From the IMG/VR virus record IMGVR_UViG_3300025071_000050, positions 1 through 24,457 of that record: a DNA stretch of 24,457 nucleotides; one strand, given 5' to 3'. Under the pieces are notes generated by a model. It was not told the origin of the DNA. It searched no databases and saw nothing but the letters and a program-made list of their open reading frames with translations. Shown here piece after piece: positions 10,401 to 19,402 of this stretch (positions within the stretch are counted from its first letter, which is position 1; each line of letters starts with the position of its first letter). A program made the translations under genes and the position numbers. This DNA is from a virus. Its lineage: Duplodnaviria > Caudoviricetes.

Positions 10401-11165
10401 TAATACTTGTTCTTTAGACATTTGCTCAATACTTGTTTGTATTATTCCTTTCCACGAAGATAAATTAATATCTCTTATTCCTGCAGTATGTTCTCTTTGA
10501 CTAATAACACCAGAGGTTAAACCATCATTTAAAAGTTTAGTACTCTTTTCTAATAATAAATTTCTTTCATCTTCTAAAAGTGCAATAGAAAGCTTATCAC
10601 TAACTTGAGTTGTTTCAGAAATAATAAAATCATTTTGCTCTACTAACGCTTCTCTTCTTCTAGTTTCAATAAGGTTCATTTTAGTAGAAGCTAAGTAAAA
10701 AGTCCCAGCTTCTTCTATCATGCTTTTATACATACCCTCTGGAGCATTATTAACCATACCAGATAAATATTGAGAAAATTTTTCTTCGTATGCTTGAGGA
10801 GAAATTTTATTTATTAATGCAAATTCTTTAGATTTTAATTGTATTTCATCAGATATTGATTTTTCAAATCTACTATCAATTATTCTTTTGTAAGCAACTC
10901 TAGCATCAGAGTTCATATTGTATAACTCTAAAGCTTCTAGCTTACCTGTAGTTGGATTAATTGTTCTAACTTTATCTATATCTTCATTTAAAGCTAACTC
11001 TTGTGCTTCATTAAGAGATTCTTTTTTTAAAGTATTAAAAGCTGTTGATGCTACAGTTTTTGCATTAGCTCTAATTGTTTCCCAAAGCTCAGACTCACCT
11101 GTATTAATCCTAGCAACACCTATTGGCGCGTTAGTAACTGTTCTTTTTTGTCTAAGTACTGGCAT
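7473..11165 (-). CDS. Internal virion/ejection protein (positional T7 gp15 analogue)
   Basis: 1230 aa, appears largely helical, syntenic position; stop overlaps the start of the next gene. Confidence 0.7.
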   Translation of the reverse strand: MPVLRQKRTVTNAPIGVARINTGESELWETIRANAKTVASTAFNTLKKESLNEAQELALNEDIDKVRTINPTTGKLEALELYNMNSDARVAYKRIIDSRFEKSISDEIQLKSKEFALINKISPQAYEEKFSQYLSGMVNNAPEGMYKSMIEEAGTFYLASTKMNLIETRRREALVEQNDFIISETTQVSDKLSIALLEDERNLLLEKSTKLLNDGLTSGVISQREHTAGIRDINLSSWKGIIQTSIEQMSKEQVLSKSDVIEWLHGIKTGDDTYETLESRQGYPNSRWKFSDIPPEFRSELVSFAQTFAPVLDRRAVEWQAQEFQEYTTRVNDGSTEIYKTFNDALFGRTIATDGDVEDGAWRPNNAQEMTAFLEQASSLIAKQEKQIAASVQAGRFEDLGINAQEALQKDYSDIRFNLIDYMIAYSGDSLDTIRAALAMPNNFVKDKNGKLPSKLTKTITTWLHNNKNIYNRNQIGNATEYVNRVDDKQFENEVDRRKVANEKIKLNIEKFQLSDDIIKEIEIIGAKPDYSAKDLLKIRTHINKKSIELDLTVTARENYIIDIHTALQNNMINNLTESPEIKTVHLRALEMYIRSNGSNASELNQFAFSQGTGTADGPQEVSVNYLQDFADSVLRAGYGNSHEKVAGYINTATIDFETVERAEIAKLEKQHEINRFLVGRVNQKDKSGFDSKFDFRNNQYWSILIKSGSDDFSALANRFVNGSAFEPDFKMLLEFYGQYNNFVDSDTEKRINLIRGNSVLTDKQIDFIETISNIESLTGSKNIFEAAQLLGNMSAEDKALKIKSFLFKEEEEPIKASDFILESIEAEENILNPVLYKKFNDYFEYMVAAGYTEEGVKERLKQAYEEKFVIDNTILDVTGARTAFSFDLRFVDPEINKFVKTNVETDLNRLGYTLSDKIVIRPENSTSEYMMGRGFNAGSSTTESSPIVLHHLRNIAEQKTSTNESGELQTVFTTIVQIDGNEVLIPTVWDGAILTPKAAKERAIASGIEWPSEPISKTAVRTLKKLDEELHERINPISIKEAEAKLGINTAYKRVVLVPNDEIANAITWWPHEIIEGQYVPVVINDADKLDMPGFSEKELRDAFETSGLPDSDDINEQIKIENERIAQARLDYARKLKLTKPLLSESAIQLDTTVLNSIDFNKATRFDVGKGKNKRTYTLVKADESSNRKTMVLNANNNRVETDELTRILFEIKDQPDLFDKIFDIVGD

Positions 11166-11177
11166 TAGAGATTCCTA

Positions 11178-11633
11178 TTATTTATCTGATTTCTTTCTTG
11201 AGTCTCTGTAAGAAGATATACCCCCCATTATATCACCAAAGGCATTAATAGTAGCAGACCTTAAAACATTTTTTGAACCAGCTCTTAAACTTGCCGCTTC
11301 TATTTCTGTTTTTCTCATACTAATTAGACTTTGATTAGTAGCAACTCTTATGTCTTCTGACACTATATCTTTTTGATTATCAAAAAAAGCTTGCATACTA
11401 GGGTCATCTGCTCTTCCTAGATTTGCAAACATATTTTCATTAGCTGACATATCATTTTGATATTCATTCATTCTTATTATAGCAGATTGTTTAGTTTGTG
11501 TATCCATTAAACTACGGTCAATCATTGCAAGCTTTGCACTTTGCAACGCCTGTCCAGCTTTAACTCTTCCGCTTTGAATAGAGCTAAAAGCTGATAAACC
11601 TGTACTAGCGATTGCTAACCATGGAATTGCCAT
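11178..11633 (-). CDS. Small internal virion protein (T7 gp14-like)
   Basis: 151 aa with a hydrophobic Ala/Ser/Gly N-terminus and a helical Q/A-rich body; directly follows tail tubular B. Confidence 0.7.
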   Translation of the reverse strand: MAIPWLAIASTGLSAFSSIQSGRVKAGQALQSAKLAMIDRSLMDTQTKQSAIIRMNEYQNDMSANENMFANLGRADDPSMQAFFDNQKDIVSEDIRVATNQSLISMRKTEIEAASLRAGSKNVLRSATINAFGDIMGGISSYRDSRKKSDK

Positions 11634-14218
11634 TATATAATTACCTCTGCTATTAATCCATTAACCTGTATAGGTAGAGGTTCTGCTTGAGTCACTTCTA
11701 TTTGTGGGTCATCACTATATCCAAGTAATCTAAACTCTCTTTTACCAGTAACAGGCGTTCTTATCTTTGACATATCATCAGTAACTTGTCTTATTGTTAG
11801 TGCTGTATTGTTTACACTTACTGCTAATGTATTATTTAAATCTAAGAAAACACTTCCTATTGCTCGAGGCAATCCTGTAACTGGGCCATTGTCAGCAGTT
11901 AAATCAATAGGATTAGTCTTTAAAGTAACGTCAAACTTATATCCAATTTCTGCTGTAAGAATAGCCTCAACATCAGATACATCAGCTTTACCACCAGATA
12001 CTACTACATCACCATAATAATTTGTATTGCTTACTACACTAACAACTGCACCATTAGCAAACTCATCACTTACAGTAAAAGCACCTGTAGTGCTGGTATA
12101 AGTCTTAGCTACATCTAAATTAACTGTGTCTTTAAACTCACATAAAATATATTCCTGAGTACCAGCACCAGTATCAATAATAATATTACAGAACACTTTG
12201 TCATCAATAACACATATAGATTTAAAAGAACCTCTAGTTGTAAACTCAACCCACCCAGCTCGTTTTTCTGTTCTGTTAGAATTAAACACAGCTACAGTGC
12301 CATCGTCATTTACCATAAATATATAAGATTCATTTCTATTTATTGCACCTCTAAGAACAGACTGCTCAATAGGATTCTTAATAAGATGCGATGAAATAGA
12401 AGAAATAGAAGATGCAGTATACGAACCTTCTGCGTCTGAATAAATGTATTCTCTAACAATAGAACCATTCTTTTGCACAAATACTGTGCCACCATCTAAT
12501 GACTCAGGACGAATCCATGTGCTACCATAAGGTGTTTGTTTTCTTAACTGTGCATTAGTTGGAGTTATTGCGTTACCTAGATATGTAGGCACAAATAATT
12601 CATTACTAGCTGTAAATATTTGCAAATCTCTATTAGACACTAAATGTCTTATTTCGTTTACTTCACCAGTAGCCGCAATCAATTGTATTGAATCAGAATC
12701 ATTTGCTGTACCTACATCAAAGTTCCAGTAAGCATTTGTTTTGCTCATCCATATAGCATCAGGCTGTGAGCTTGTTCCACCAAATACTAATCTATTTTCA
12801 TGGAAAGTAACGGCTGTAGGAAATCCTCTCAAAGAAGAAAAAGTTTGCTCTTGCCAATCCAATGTAGCCGCACCAGTAGTAATTTTAATAGAAGCACCAC
12901 CACCATCTTCACTAGCATTAGCATCAGCGTTAGCTGTAAATGTGTATGTATTCTCATCTATAATAGCCAAGATAGCTTCTGAATTATTTAAATTACCTAC
13001 GGCAATACCGCCAACAGCCGCAGCATCAGAAATAACAATAGTCTCACCGCCTACAAAACCATGGGCTATATGAGTAACTTCTATTACTGCACTTCCAGAT
13101 GCTGTCCTAAATGCGTTATTAATTAATGTTTGTTGTAATACTTTTAATATTGTTCCTGTAGCAGTAGTGCCATTAGTAACTGCTGTTATAAGTATTTCTG
13201 AGTTACCATACTTTATTCGTGTACCAACATGAGCTGATACAAAATAAGATGCACTAGTTGTTAAAGTCTTACCTGTACCAACAGCTGTAGCGTTAACTGC
13301 TAAAGTTACGCCAGTATCTTGGAAAGGGTAATATGGTTGGAATGTATCAGTAACAATAGAGTCAGACGTTAATGTATCAAATACTTTTACTTCCAACTGA
13401 AAAGCAGTTGCACTAGTCCTTACTAATAAACGTGGTTTAAAAAGTGTATGACATATCCACATTGTGTTTCCATTTTGAGCAAATGAATATTCATTTATAT
13501 ACTCATCATCAAATGGAATTGCATTGCTATCTGCATCAGCCGTTAATGTAGCTACTAAACTTGTAACACCTGTTGATTGTAATACTCTAAATACTCTCAA
13601 CTTAGCGTTTTCTATAGACACAATATATTGAAAACCATCTGAAAATATAAACGGAACTAATCTACTTTGCATATCAGCACCACCAGTAAAATTTGTTACA
13701 GCTAATCGTGTGCTGTCTGCTGTTGTTACTGTTAAATTAGTGCCAGATTGAGGAAAATCTCTTTTAACAGTTACTACTGCCGCTGCTGGATTGGCTACTG
13801 TAAATCCTGATATTGCATTTATAGCTGCAAAAATAAGGTCTGCCGTTACATTATTAGATGTATTAGGTTTATAATAATGAGTATTGCCAGACGCGGCAGT
13901 AGGAGTACCAGCTCCAACCGCTTCAGACTCTAGTGTAATTTCTGTTCCATCATGTGTAAAAAACTTTATTTGAGTGCCAACAGCAATGTTAGCATAGTCA
14001 GCTACTGTAATTGTAAATGATGTTTGCTCTACAGTAATATCGTACTCGTATATTTTTTCAGTGCCAGCACGTTTAATTACACCTCCTTCACTTCTAAGCA
14101 GAAAGTTTTCTACACGTTGAGCTGAAGCTGAATACACAGCGGAGTCTGTTCTTGATATTGCTGACGGACTTATTTCACCAAACTGAAAATTATTTACTGG
14201 TACTCGAACTTTTCGCAT
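11633..14218 (-). CDS. Tail tubular protein B / nozzle (T7 gp12-like)
   Basis: NNFQFGEISP, ENF...GGVIKRAGT, GFPTAVTFHENRLVFGG, WMSKT...FD and C-terminal QAEPLP motifs; 861 aa. Confidence 0.9.
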   Translation of the reverse strand: MRKVRVPVNNFQFGEISPSAISRTDSAVYSASAQRVENFLLRSEGGVIKRAGTEKIYEYDITVEQTSFTITVADYANIAVGTQIKFFTHDGTEITLESEAVGAGTPTAASGNTHYYKPNTSNNVTADLIFAAINAISGFTVANPAAAVVTVKRDFPQSGTNLTVTTADSTRLAVTNFTGGADMQSRLVPFIFSDGFQYIVSIENAKLRVFRVLQSTGVTSLVATLTADADSNAIPFDDEYINEYSFAQNGNTMWICHTLFKPRLLVRTSATAFQLEVKVFDTLTSDSIVTDTFQPYYPFQDTGVTLAVNATAVGTGKTLTTSASYFVSAHVGTRIKYGNSEILITAVTNGTTATGTILKVLQQTLINNAFRTASGSAVIEVTHIAHGFVGGETIVISDAAAVGGIAVGNLNNSEAILAIIDENTYTFTANADANASEDGGGASIKITTGAATLDWQEQTFSSLRGFPTAVTFHENRLVFGGTSSQPDAIWMSKTNAYWNFDVGTANDSDSIQLIAATGEVNEIRHLVSNRDLQIFTASNELFVPTYLGNAITPTNAQLRKQTPYGSTWIRPESLDGGTVFVQKNGSIVREYIYSDAEGSYTASSISSISSHLIKNPIEQSVLRGAINRNESYIFMVNDDGTVAVFNSNRTEKRAGWVEFTTRGSFKSICVIDDKVFCNIIIDTGAGTQEYILCEFKDTVNLDVAKTYTSTTGAFTVSDEFANGAVVSVVSNTNYYGDVVVSGGKADVSDVEAILTAEIGYKFDVTLKTNPIDLTADNGPVTGLPRAIGSVFLDLNNTLAVSVNNTALTIRQVTDDMSKIRTPVTGKREFRLLGYSDDPQIEVTQAEPLPIQVNGLIAEVII

Positions 14219-14802
14219 TAACTACGCCTTTGAGTAATATACCTACTAGTATTAAATTTTCTATTTGTTTGTTGCTGAGAGTCACTTGCTCTAGCTTTAG
14301 CCATAGACACTGCGGCTTTTGTGTCCATCATGTTAGCCATAGCTGTATCTCTAGCTATTGATACTGCAAACATACTAGCTAATGTATACTCAACTGCTAT
14401 TGTAAAATACGAAGGCCAGTCTACTTCTACTGCCCTAAATGTATAATCAGCAATTAAAATTTCAGAACTGCTAGAATCACAGAATACTTTATCACCGTAT
14501 GTCTGATACTCTATTGGAAAATCACCTACAGTTACTGCATGTAACATTATTAAATTAGACGGCAATTGATACGCGGCATCATATCGCCCTGTAGGAGCAT
14601 CAGATAGTAAACCTAATACTGCTTGTTCTGTTGCAAAACGCCATCGACAATTAGTTAATGCCGCCCTTGCTATATCCTCATACATATTAGAAGCAACAAG
14701 TGCCTCATTAGTAGAGTCTTCAAATGAAGTTATAGGCTCTGCACCGATTAAGATTAAAGCCCTCGAACATACATCTATTGATGAATTTGCTGGTGTTGCC
14801 AT
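14218..14802 (-). CDS. Tail tubular protein A / adaptor (T7 gp11-like)
   Basis: DVCSRALILIGAEPITSF...WRFA...YQLPS motifs; 194 aa; synteny. Confidence 0.9.
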   Translation of the reverse strand: MATPANSSIDVCSRALILIGAEPITSFEDSTNEALVASNMYEDIARAALTNCRWRFATEQAVLGLLSDAPTGRYDAAYQLPSNLIMLHAVTVGDFPIEYQTYGDKVFCDSSSSEILIADYTFRAVEVDWPSYFTIAVEYTLASMFAVSIARDTAMANMMDTKAAVSMAKARASDSQQQTNRKFNTSRYITQRRS

Positions 14803-14809
14803 ATGTAAT

Positions 14810-14833
14810 TTGGGGGGCTGTTAAACCCCCCAA
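14810..14833 (-). promoter_or_regulatory. GC-rich hairpin between the SD and the start codon of tail tubular A
   Basis: Minus strand reads TTGGGGGG-tttaacag-CCCCCCAA, an 8-bp perfect stem with no U-tract after it. Confidence 0.7.
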
Positions 14834-14837
14834 TCCT

Positions 14838-15101
14838 CTAATCAGAGTCTGTTTCTGCTATAGCAGTTCCGTCAGAAACGTCTACAACACTACCAGTATT
14901 ACTTAACACAGTAACAAAACTTGATGTCGGAGCATTACTGTCCGCTACAAGAATTACGTCACGTATATTAAGCATATTTGCCGCGTTGTTAAAGTATCCT
15001 GCACTATTAACAGTTGCGATTGCGTCGACCGTTTGATACGCCCAGAAGTTAAATCCACTTCCTCCAGCTAATCTAATTAGTCCACTTGCTGCATAAGCCA
15101 T
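14838..15101 (-). CDS. Small virion protein, probably capsid decoration/cement
   Basis: 87 aa, predicted beta-rich, RBS AAGGA, immediately downstream of the major capsid gene. Confidence 0.65.
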   Translation of the reverse strand: MAYAASGLIRLAGGSGFNFWAYQTVDAIATVNSAGYFNNAANMLNIRDVILVADSNAPTSSFVTVLSNTGSVVDVSDGTAIAETDSD

Positions 15102-15119
15102 TTTAAAGTCCTTTCTTTA

Positions 15120-15932
15120 CTAGCCGTTATTGTCAAGAACTTCGTAGATACCATTGTCGTCTATCGCAACAGACCCCATTGACATCATTGAAGTGGTTAG
15201 ATGAGAAGCTTTCTCAGGGATATAATTTACCTCTGTAGAAACATCAGCATTAATACCAAGACCAATAGCTGAAGTGTGATAAGCCATATTTTTACCGCCA
15301 GCAATTGCACTGGTTGAGAAAATATTAAGACCTAAGAAGTTCTTCATTGTCATTCCACCAGCAAACGGAAGATTTTGCTCACCTACATAATCAGATGATG
15401 CGAACTCTTCGATTAAGAATAAGTCTGCAAAACCTTTAGGATGCATTGCCAAATATCTTTGGTTGTCTTCTGGAACTTCTGCCGCACCCATTGTTTCAAA
15501 CAATGATAGTAAATCAGCTATTTGAACAGCAGAACTTGTATCATGTATTTGAGTAGAGTTTGCGCCAGCGTCTAGGGCCGCAACAATAATAGCATCTGTC
15601 TTACGACCAAGGGCCGCAGCTGCAGATTGAGCTACTGCTTGACGCTCATTGATATTGGTTTTTAACTCATCGAGTTTATCAATATATTCAGCGGCATAGA
15701 AGTCAGCCATTGTTGCTTCAACGGTTGTGTGGGCTAGCTCCATTGGAGTTACCATACCGTTACGAGATTTAGTTGTTGCTTCACCTGTTCCGATTTTTTG
15801 GAACCTTGCTATGTTGCCAGTTACGTTAGTAGTTCTGACAGTGTTACGCAGTTTAGAACCCATACGCTGATACGCTAAATGCACATCGGACTCGAACTGT
15901 TTGATGAAGGCTGTGTCTATTGAGTTTGCCAT
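15120..15932 (-). CDS. Major capsid protein
   Basis: MANSIDTAFIKQFESDVHLAYQRMGSKLRNTV, AAAALGRKTD and LGLNIF motifs typical of podoviral HK97-fold capsid proteins; RBS AAGG. Confidence 0.92.
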   Translation of the reverse strand: MANSIDTAFIKQFESDVHLAYQRMGSKLRNTVRTTNVTGNIARFQKIGTGEATTKSRNGMVTPMELAHTTVEATMADFYAAEYIDKLDELKTNINERQAVAQSAAAALGRKTDAIIVAALDAGANSTQIHDTSSAVQIADLLSLFETMGAAEVPEDNQRYLAMHPKGFADLFLIEEFASSDYVGEQNLPFAGGMTMKNFLGLNIFSTSAIAGGKNMAYHTSAIGLGINADVSTEVNYIPEKASHLTTSMMSMGSVAIDDNGIYEVLDNNG

Positions 15933-16018
15933 TACAGCTACCTTTCATTAATTTGCACAATTATTTATATCGTGGGTGTCTGCTTCACATGGTCATTGTA
16001 GGTATCCAAAAGGGCTAC

Positions 16019-16531
16019 TCAATGTATTACAGGCCGTGATTCTAAATTATAAACATTTTTTTTTGACAAATTGCAACGCACAAAATGAACATAATTAATA
16101 TTTTCTCCATCAACTACAACATCAACGTCAAATCCAAGCCAAATTGCCCACTGTATTATGCGCTCATTGCTTTCTAATATGTTCATATTAAGTTTATAAT
16201 AGTTTCCATGTAGAAATTCTACTAACTTTGGGGATGCTTTTAAAAAACTAAACCAATTTTTCTGCATATCTTCTGCAAACATTGCCCACATTAGCCCAGT
16301 TTGATAGCCGTCAGGCTCTACACCTACAATGCCTAGTGGTTTATTATCTTTCTCAACCACATAAACATTCTTTTTTCTAACAAATTCCATAAAGAAATCT
16401 AAAGGTTCTCTGTTAAATAGAGATAACTCAAACTTATTTTCTTCACTAAGTGTTTCTGAAAGAGGAATAACGTGTTTCATATGAGCAGGAACTAGGGTTA
16501 AAAGCCCCTGCTTCATAAGCCAATCAGCCAT
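16019..16531 (-). CDS. GNAT-fold / DUF2833 (T7 gp13-like) protein
   Basis: PLGIVGV...GLMWAM...LNMNILESNERIIQWAIWLGF matches the N..xx.W...LGF pattern of gp13-like proteins. Confidence 0.7.
   Translation of the reverse strand: MADWLMKQGLLTLVPAHMKHVIPLSETLSEENKFELSLFNREPLDFFMEFVRKKNVYVVEKDNKPLGIVGVEPDGYQTGLMWAMFAEDMQKNWFSFLKASPKLVEFLHGNYYKLNMNILESNERIIQWAIWLGFDVDVVVDGENINYVHFVRCNLSKKNVYNLESRPVIH
16046..16083 (-). promoter_or_regulatory. Putative late promoter for the major capsid gene, embedded in the 3' end of the GNAT-like gene
   Basis: TTGTGCG-TTGCAA-19 nt-TATAAT. Confidence 0.65.
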
Positions 16532-17249
16532 AAAGCTTCTTGAATCCGTCTTCTATAGTCTTAACGTAAGCAGGGTCACGCTGGCTTACATTGTGGTATC
16601 GAGGGTCAAGCATCATAGTTCTTAAATCAGACTCATTAATTTTATCTACTGAATCTGTAGTAGAATTTAATGACGCGCCTTTCATGTTTTCCATAATATG
16701 CTCTAAGGCAACAATACCTTCATGGGTCTCTGCCATGCGTTCTATTGCTGGCATTAACTCCTCAGGGAAAAACTTATTAGCAAATGCACTAGCTGCATTA
16801 GTTCTATCTAAAGCTTGGTCGCCTAGTTTAATCATCTCATCGTCAATGTTAACTTCATTACCAGCAATAGCGTTCATATATTTTTCAATACCAGCAGAAA
16901 ATACATCCTGACCATAACCATTCTCAAATGAATGTTCAGACCACCACTGTAACAGCTCACTTTCAATAGCCTCACCTTCGTCTATGTTCTCAGGTAATGT
17001 ATAATCACCTTTGTTTTCTGGACGATTCTCATACTTAGTTCTATTAAACTCTTCTTCTATTTCTTTACGAAGAGTTTCATCTTTATTACCTAGCTTAGAC
17101 TCTAGCTCTTTATAAGCTTTGGCTAGGTCTTCACCTGTTTTGTATTTTTCAGGCAACCATTCTGGTCTGTCAGTAGTTTCTACTGGCTCTACTGCCTCAG
17201 TTGTTTCTGCAACTTCTTCTGTTTGTGTATCTAATAATGTTTCATTCAT
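16524..17249 (-). CDS. Capsid scaffolding/assembly protein (T7 gp9-like)
   Basis: Acidic N-terminus, RPEWLPEKY...LAKAYKELESKLG, C-terminal DPRY...DPAY; lies between portal and capsid genes. Confidence 0.88.
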   Translation of the reverse strand: MNETLLDTQTEEVAETTEAVEPVETTDRPEWLPEKYKTGEDLAKAYKELESKLGNKDETLRKEIEEEFNRTKYENRPENKGDYTLPENIDEGEAIESELLQWWSEHSFENGYGQDVFSAGIEKYMNAIAGNEVNIDDEMIKLGDQALDRTNAASAFANKFFPEELMPAIERMAETHEGIVALEHIMENMKGASLNSTTDSVDKINESDLRTMMLDPRYHNVSQRDPAYVKTIEDGFKKLYG

Positions 17250-17503
17250 TGATTTTTCCTATGTGCATGTTGTATGCGCCTCTCTAAAAGACCAACTATA
17301 TATCTCTGACCTTCCAAATGACGCAATTCCTCAGTTGTAACATTCGGGCCATTTACCATCTCTATTGTTATAGAGCGTAAATACTTTAAGACTTCCTTGC
17401 CAGTGGGAGACTCTAGCAAGGAAGCTATATTTTTACTTATCTGTGTATCTGTATTGGTATCTCTTTGAAAACCATCAACTCCAATATTAACTTTACTGGG
17501 CAA
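17246..17503 (-). CDS. Bbp19-like small protein
   Basis: SPTGKEVLKYL...LEGQRYIV motif; directly downstream of the portal gene. Confidence 0.75.
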   Translation of the reverse strand: MPSKVNIGVDGFQRDTNTDTQISKNIASLLESPTGKEVLKYLRSITIEMVNGPNVTTEELRHLEGQRYIVGLLERRIQHAHRKNQ

Positions 17504-19082
17504 TCATTTGCTCCTGTTCTTCTGGTTGACCTTGAGGCTGACCTTGCATCTGTTGCATTTGTGCCATCTGTGCCGCAGCTTCTGCAATTTGCTTGCGTTG
17601 CTCTTCATCCCTAATCAAAGCGTCAGGAACACCAAACTTCTTAGCTAAATGCACTGCTGTTTCCTCACCATCAATTAACATGTTTAACATCTCAGGCCCA
17701 AACACACCACCAACTAACTCTAAGAACCTAGATACTGAACTTATATCTTGATTTGCTTGGGCTTGTGCTAGTGGAGATATAGATTTTACCTTAACTTCTC
17801 TACCATTTACGACAGGTATTTCTATTCTACCCTGTTTTTTAAGGATATATATTAGTCTTTGAAGCACAGGTTGTACTAATTCTGCCTGTAATCTACCAAA
17901 TGCAGACCCCATTCTGCGTGATAAATCAGCCATTCTCTCTGCAACTTCGGTTGCTGAAGCTGGTGTTCTGTCAGGATTACCTAACATATCGTTGTATAAT
18001 GCACGTTTAATATTCAATCTCATGTCACTTAGTACCAACTGCGCTACATCAAAGTTACCAGCGGCTTGTATAGGTTGCAATCCAGCAGAGCCTATACCCT
18101 TTGGTATAATAGACCCCGGAACTAGCTGGATAGTATCTACGTTAACCACACCGTCATCTTCCATCTGGTAAATGCCAGAGATAGACATCTGTGCATTTTC
18201 CAAGATAAGCTCGATAGTTAAGTTAGTAGTCTTAATTGCACTAAGAGCGTTCATTAGTGGGCCACGACCGTATACTTCACCAGCACACTTGCTCCATCTA
18301 AAGCAAATAAAAGGATTAGACCCTACACCTGACATCTTTTCGTAGTAAACAACACACTTTGTAGTCATACATATAGCGTAATGTAGGTAAGCTTCTTCGT
18401 TTTTAGTACTATAATCCCTACAAACAAGCTCTAATAATGTAGTTGTTTGGTCTCCAGCGTTACTAATCCTGTCAGCAATCTTTGGTGGCATGGCAGAATT
18501 AGGGTATAACTGAGGTATTTGGTCAAACCTAATCTTCTTTCTTTCCCTAAATACATGGTCAATCTTATCATCTGGCCCAGTATCAAGGACAACATGAGGC
18601 AGAGGAACAGCAGAAAACACTACTGGGTTTAAGGAATCACCTTCTTCAACAACAAGTACACCAGTGCCTACAGCTAAATCCATAAAGGATTCATGCACCT
18701 CTTGAGAGAAATTAGAGTTCTGTATTATTTCAAATACATACTCTGTTACTTCATCGAGGTCGTTGTTAATTGGGTCACGCTCTCCTTTAGGAATCTCAGA
18801 ACCAGCCACAAGGTCAGCCCACCTAGCAAAATTGGGAACAATACCAGACTGCAAACGAGAAGCGAACTCTTGTACACCCACCACAGCAGTCTCGTCGAAT
18901 ATTTTATCATCTCTTCTTTGACCGATACTTTCACTATAAAAAGACTCCCTCATAGGTAGCGCGTACTCGTAACACTCCTCGAACAAAGGCACAAAGTTTT
19001 CCCTTAGAACCTTTGCTTTTTCGTATCTATCCATATACTTCTTGGCAACTGGGTCGTCACCATAGTTGCTTGAAGATTCCAT
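17493..19082 (-). CDS. Portal protein / head-tail connector (T7 gp8-like)
   Basis: IFDETA, SNF, DLAVGTG, RW...GEVYGRGP, SATEVAER and SPLAQAQ motifs; Q-rich C-terminus. Confidence 0.93.
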   Translation of the reverse strand: MESSSNYGDDPVAKKYMDRYEKAKVLRENFVPLFEECYEYALPMRESFYSESIGQRRDDKIFDETAVVGVQEFASRLQSGIVPNFARWADLVAGSEIPKGERDPINNDLDEVTEYVFEIIQNSNFSQEVHESFMDLAVGTGVLVVEEGDSLNPVVFSAVPLPHVVLDTGPDDKIDHVFRERKKIRFDQIPQLYPNSAMPPKIADRISNAGDQTTTLLELVCRDYSTKNEEAYLHYAICMTTKCVVYYEKMSGVGSNPFICFRWSKCAGEVYGRGPLMNALSAIKTTNLTIELILENAQMSISGIYQMEDDGVVNVDTIQLVPGSIIPKGIGSAGLQPIQAAGNFDVAQLVLSDMRLNIKRALYNDMLGNPDRTPASATEVAERMADLSRRMGSAFGRLQAELVQPVLQRLIYILKKQGRIEIPVVNGREVKVKSISPLAQAQANQDISSVSRFLELVGGVFGPEMLNMLIDGEETAVHLAKKFGVPDALIRDEEQRKQIAEAAAQMAQMQQMQGQPQGQPEEQEQMIAQ

Positions 19083-19336
19083 TAACTAAACCTTTGACCG
19101 AAATTAGAAGTGCTTCCTGATGATGGGTTAAGCATTGAGTAACGCTTTTTACTGCTAGAACCACCTCTTCTTCTTAATGTTTTAGCCGCTCTCTCAGTAA
19201 TAGCTAAATCTTTATCTTCTTGCTTTTGCTCAGATATATCCAACTGCACTTCTCTTGCCGCCTCATCTGCATCAGCTTGTTGTTGTCTTGTTAGCGCGGC
19301 AACATTCGGGTCTACTTTTGGTTTTGGTAAGCACAT
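19082..19336 (-). CDS. Small virion-associated protein upstream of the portal gene
   Basis: MCLPKPK start, helical middle, basic/Gly-Ser tail; RBS AAGGAG; typical position. Confidence 0.7.
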   Translation of the reverse strand: MCLPKPKVDPNVAALTRQQQADADEAAREVQLDISEQKQEDKDLAITERAAKTLRRRGGSSSKKRYSMLNPSSGSTSNFGQRFS

Positions 19337-19365
19337 AGTTTTCTCCTTTAAGGTTTGTTACTTAT

Positions 19366-19402
19366 TCTGTAAGCACAGAATAAAAAATTTTGCAACTCAC
19401 AA
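19366..19402 (-). promoter_or_regulatory. Putative late promoter for the portal/head module
   Basis: TTGTGAG-TTGCAA-18 nt-TACAGA directly after the TerL stop; the -10 lies within a 9-bp inverted repeat. Confidence 0.6.

Noticed and set aside
14810-14833. Hairpin as an intrinsic terminator
   Set aside because: No U-tract on the coding strand; retained as a structured RBS or stability element.
15102-15122. Major capsid and downstream 87-aa gene are in the same frame (possible read-through fusion)
   Set aside because: Double stop TAG TAA, and the downstream gene has its own RBS.
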